This document shows, piece by piece, positions 47,995-50,936 of a DNA stretch of 50,936 nucleotides. Within the stretch, counting starts at the first letter, position 1. Each line of letters opens with the position of its first letter. The notes beneath the pieces were generated by a model. That model had not been told where the DNA came from. It ran no database searches and was given only the letters and a program-made list of their open reading frames with translations. A program made the position numbers and the translations under genes. The DNA is taken from assembly GCA_043810925.1 (NCBI GenBank), contig JBDRNT010000007.1, forward strand, positions 1 to 50,936, read 5' to 3'. This stretch comes from Candidatus Eiseniibacteriota bacterium (GTDB lineage: Bacteria > Arandabacterota > Arandabacteria > Arandabacterales > Arandabacteraceae).

Positions 47995-48917
47995 CGGCGT
48001 TTCCCCTTGAGCGCGCGTTTGACGAACCCATCCGAGGCGCGGATGAGACGCCGGGCCTCACGTTGCGATACGGCCCTAAGCCTCATCACGATGGCCGTCT
48101 TGACGCTCCCCCCCGCACGCTTTAAGACCGAGACTGCGTCCGCGTAGGTGCAACCCGTAGCAAGCATGATGATTCTCACCGAACGCTGCTTGAGTTTCTC
48201 GCTCGTTGCCATGAGATCGACCATCATGTTGTTATAGACTTTCCCGAGTTTCACCATCGAGGCGGTGGAGATCATATTGAGCACCATCTTCTCAGCGGTA
48301 CCCGATTTCATGCGTGTCGAACCCATTACCGCTTCGGGGCCCACGTCGACGGCAATCACCAAGTCCGCGCCGATTGCTGAAGGCTCCGGGTTACATGTCA
48401 CGTAGATGGTCGTCGCACCGATTTCCTTCGCGCGCCCGAGTGCAGCCACAACGAATGGGGTACGCCTGCATGCGGCAAGACCGATCACCACGTCGCGACG
48501 CGTTACGCCTCGCCGGGATATCGATCGTCTTGCCTCTGTCTCCCGGTCCTCGGAACCCTCTATTGCCTTAAAGACCGCATCCCGGCCCCCCGCCATCACG
48601 CCCTGGAAGAGCCCGGGCGGCGTACCGAAGGTCGGCGGGCACTCGGCCGCATCGATCACCCCGAGTCTGCCGCTTGTACCTGCGCCCACATAGAAGACCC
48701 TCCCACCACTTTGGATCGCGCCGACGACGATCTCGACCGCTCCGGCAATGGCCTTAAGCTCGCACTCAACCGCGGGGGCAACGAGCTTATCCTCGCGGTT
48801 TATCATCTTGAGAATGCTAAGCGTGGAAACCTCGTCGAGATTCCTGGTACGTGGATTTATCGACTCCGTCGGGAGTGACGAGATTTCTTTGAATATCGAA
48901 GGCGGCTTATCACTCAA
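47991..48917 (-). CDS. murQ: N-acetylmuramic acid 6-phosphate etherase
   Basis: TESINP, GAGTSGRLGVIDAAECPPTF and GPEAVMGSTRMKSGTA motifs. Confidence 0.96.
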   Translation of the reverse strand: MSDKPPSIFKEISSLPTESINPRTRNLDEVSTLSILKMINREDKLVAPAVECELKAIAGAVEIVVGAIQSGGRVFYVGAGTSGRLGVIDAAECPPTFGTPPGLFQGVMAGGRDAVFKAIEGSEDRETEARRSISRRGVTRRDVVIGLAACRRTPFVVAALGRAKEIGATTIYVTCNPEPSAIGADLVIAVDVGPEAVMGSTRMKSGTAEKMVLNMISTASMVKLGKVYNNMMVDLMATSEKLKQRSVRIIMLATGCTYADAVSVLKRAGGSVKTAIVMRLRAVSQREARRLIRASDGFVKRALKGKRR

Positions 48918-50936
48918 GTTTTACCACCCATCCGGTGAACTCCTTCTCCCCCGAACCGGATGTTGCGATTACCCTGTAGAGGTAGGTGCCGTTGGCAATC
49001 CTGTCACCCCTGTCGTCCCGGCCGTCCCACACGAACTCGTTGTAACCGACAAACGGGGTCATCCTGGTTTCGCGAATCAGCCTGCCGGAGACGGTGAATA
49101 TGGATAGATCCGCCTGACGGACTTCCTGGGAAAGCGTGTAGAAGAAGTAGACCTCGTTTGAGAAGGGATTGGGAAACGCCGAGACGTCTGTGAGCATGAG
49201 CTCGGCCGATACGGTGAACGTGGCTGCTACGGTGACGCTGAATAAGGTCACCGACAGCTCATGGTCCCCCGTGTCGAGATCGAGAGCAAAGGTTACACGC
49301 CACCCCGATGAGTCGGGTGCGAATGCGAAGTCAACCGGCTCTCCGTCGAGATCAACCGCAACGTCGTCCTTGGTGAGCCCGGTCTCAGCCCGGAGCATGA
49401 TCTTAAACTCCGCACGCGGCGAAACGTAATCACCGTCATAGAGCGGTCTGTCATTTACGAAGAACTCAATGTGGGCGGGTACATATTCGAACCGGTGTAC
49501 GGTCTTAAAGCCCTGCACGGAGACATGGACATCATGCTCGCCGGCGGCAAGTGAGGGTATAAAGGATACCTGCCACTGCTTGCCGGCTCCATCCTTCATT
49601 TCAACCGAGTAATCTTCGTACTCATCCCCAGAAACACTGTCGACGCGGACTTCGATATCATCTTCGCCGAACGCAACCGGGCGGGTGATAAGAACCCCGA
49701 GGTGCTGTCCGAAGACCAGCTTCCCCCCATCTACCAGCACTTTGCCGTCCGCATAGAAACCCGCTGACCCGGTGGATACGTGTATGTCAAAGCTGGAGGC
49801 CTTATCTGCATAGTCGGTACCGCTTATCCTCACCACGTAGTCACCCAGGAGCGGCACGTGATCATATGTGACCATGTATGCTCTGCTTCTTACGAAGCCG
49901 GTATCCAGGATCGCCGTTTCCAGGTAGTCATCCGGCGACACGGTCGTGGCCACGTCATCCTCAACGATCTCAACTCTGATATCGGTGATGGCCTCTTCAT
50001 CCCGGATTTCGGTCGCAATGTGGAGCGTATCGAGCGAGAGACCCTCGTGGACATAAGATTCGTCAATGACCATGTCGTCAACGCTCACGGTCAGAAGCGG
50101 CGGGCCGAGATCGACCACCATCGCCGGATCACCGAGAAGTATGTGCGCCTCGATGTAGTCGACCCTGCCGTATCTTAAAAGGGCCGTCATTACGGCCTCA
50201 CCCATGAGGACCCTCGCAGGGATGTCGGCACCGTGGGCGTCCTTGCCCTGAAGGTGAGTGAGGAAAGCCCGGGTAACGTAGCCGTTGAAGGCCTGGTTGT
50301 AGATGATGGGTTCTGAGCATCCGCTTGCAAAAGATGCGCACGCGGCACCGTTGGGATTGAGCAGGAATTTCTCGCCGATCGCCTCGGTAAGTATAGGCTC
50401 GGCCAACCACTGGAAGTCGCTGATCCAGCAGCCGAACCCGATGAATATGAATGGCCTGGTACGATTGGTGAGACCGAGGATATCCTTCCGAGGATTGAAG
50501 TCGTAGAGGACCTGCTCATGGGTGAACTGCCACCGGTTGGCATGACCCTGGAAATTTACCATGAACGCGCCGGCATTGAGGTCCTGCACGAGCGCCGGCG
50601 TACAGTTTGAGCTGGTGTAAGCGACTGTCGTATTGTAATCAGGACAGCCGTGTGCTTCCCGTACACTGGGCTGATCGTCAACAAGACACCGTTCGAGATA
50701 GTGCTTCACCGTATCAACCGGGACAGCGCTGAAATCCCTTGCGATCACCGCCACACTCTCACAGGCGGCCTTAAACTGGTTTTGGCCGGTCCAGCACAGG
50801 TACTGGGATGGGCTCGTCGAGTTCCTGCCGAATTCGTCGTCTGCAATGAGCACCATACGTTTCTTCCAGGAGTCACCACCCGGATCGTTTTCGAAGTTGA
50901 GTATCTTGGTCACGACCCCGGCGGCCTCACTTGCGC
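48910..50936 (-). CDS. Peptidase C25 (gingipain/PorU-like) with C-terminal FlgD-type domain; 5' part lies outside the window
   Basis: LIADD, FQGHA (His), GFGC (Cys), LLGDP and FPNPF...WDGRD..G.RIANGTYLY motifs. The frame is open to the window end. Confidence 0.85.
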   Translation of the reverse strand, partial: ASEAAGVVTKILNFENDPGGDSWKKRMVLIADDEFGRNSTSPSQYLCWTGQNQFKAACESVAVIARDFSAVPVDTVKHYLERCLVDDQPSVREAHGCPDYNTTVAYTSSNCTPALVQDLNAGAFMVNFQGHANRWQFTHEQVLYDFNPRKDILGLTNRTRPFIFIGFGCWISDFQWLAEPILTEAIGEKFLLNPNGAACASFASGCSEPIIYNQAFNGYVTRAFLTHLQGKDAHGADIPARVLMGEAVMTALLRYGRVDYIEAHILLGDPAMVVDLGPPLLTVSVDDMVIDESYVHEGLSLDTLHIATEIRDEEAITDIRVEIVEDDVATTVSPDDYLETAILDTGFVRSRAYMVTYDHVPLLGDYVVRISGTDYADKASSFDIHVSTGSAGFYADGKVLVDGGKLVFGQHLGVLITRPVAFGEDDIEVRVDSVSGDEYEDYSVEMKDGAGKQWQVSFIPSLAAGEHDVHVSVQGFKTVHRFEYVPAHIEFFVNDRPLYDGDYVSPRAEFKIMLRAETGLTKDDVAVDLDGEPVDFAFAPDSSGWRVTFALDLDTGDHELSVTLFSVTVAATFTVSAELMLTDVSAFPNPFSNEVYFFYTLSQEVRQADLSIFTVSGRLIRETRMTPFVGYNEFVWDGRDDRGDRIANGTYLYRVIATSGSGEKEFTGWVVKLE

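Overview
GC-rich bacterial chromosomal window. The gene content (FlgD-type C-terminal domains, PorV-like barrel, C25 peptidase, C-terminal TWGxIK motifs) suggests an FCB-affiliated candidate lineage such as Eisenbacteria, Krumholzibacteria or Latescibacteria; this is an inference. From left to right: a 3'-truncated 16S rRNA gene (minus) with tandem promoters; tyrS; PBP1A; an alr-Tudor-deoB-cdd-rpiB-deoC-pdp nucleoside catabolism operon in which DeoC, and less clearly RpiB, carry microcompartment-encapsulation-like N-termini; mazG; a Nudix gene; a ~3460-aa secreted surface protein followed by a PorV-like gene; DUF1844; a thioredoxin; OmpA; an RND efflux operon; an accessory region of secreted proteins; tRNA-Asp; and a C25 peptidase-murQ-ABC-anmK operon. 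The most striking unexplained structure is an integrase-free array of five ~1-kb single-gene cassettes stacked against the 3' end of tRNA-Asp (38045-43462). Each cassette starts with a copy of the tRNA 3' end fused to a conserved start-less reading frame (28 codons in the two best-preserved copies) that looks like a severed recombinase C-terminus. Three families of small extragenic repeats are also present.
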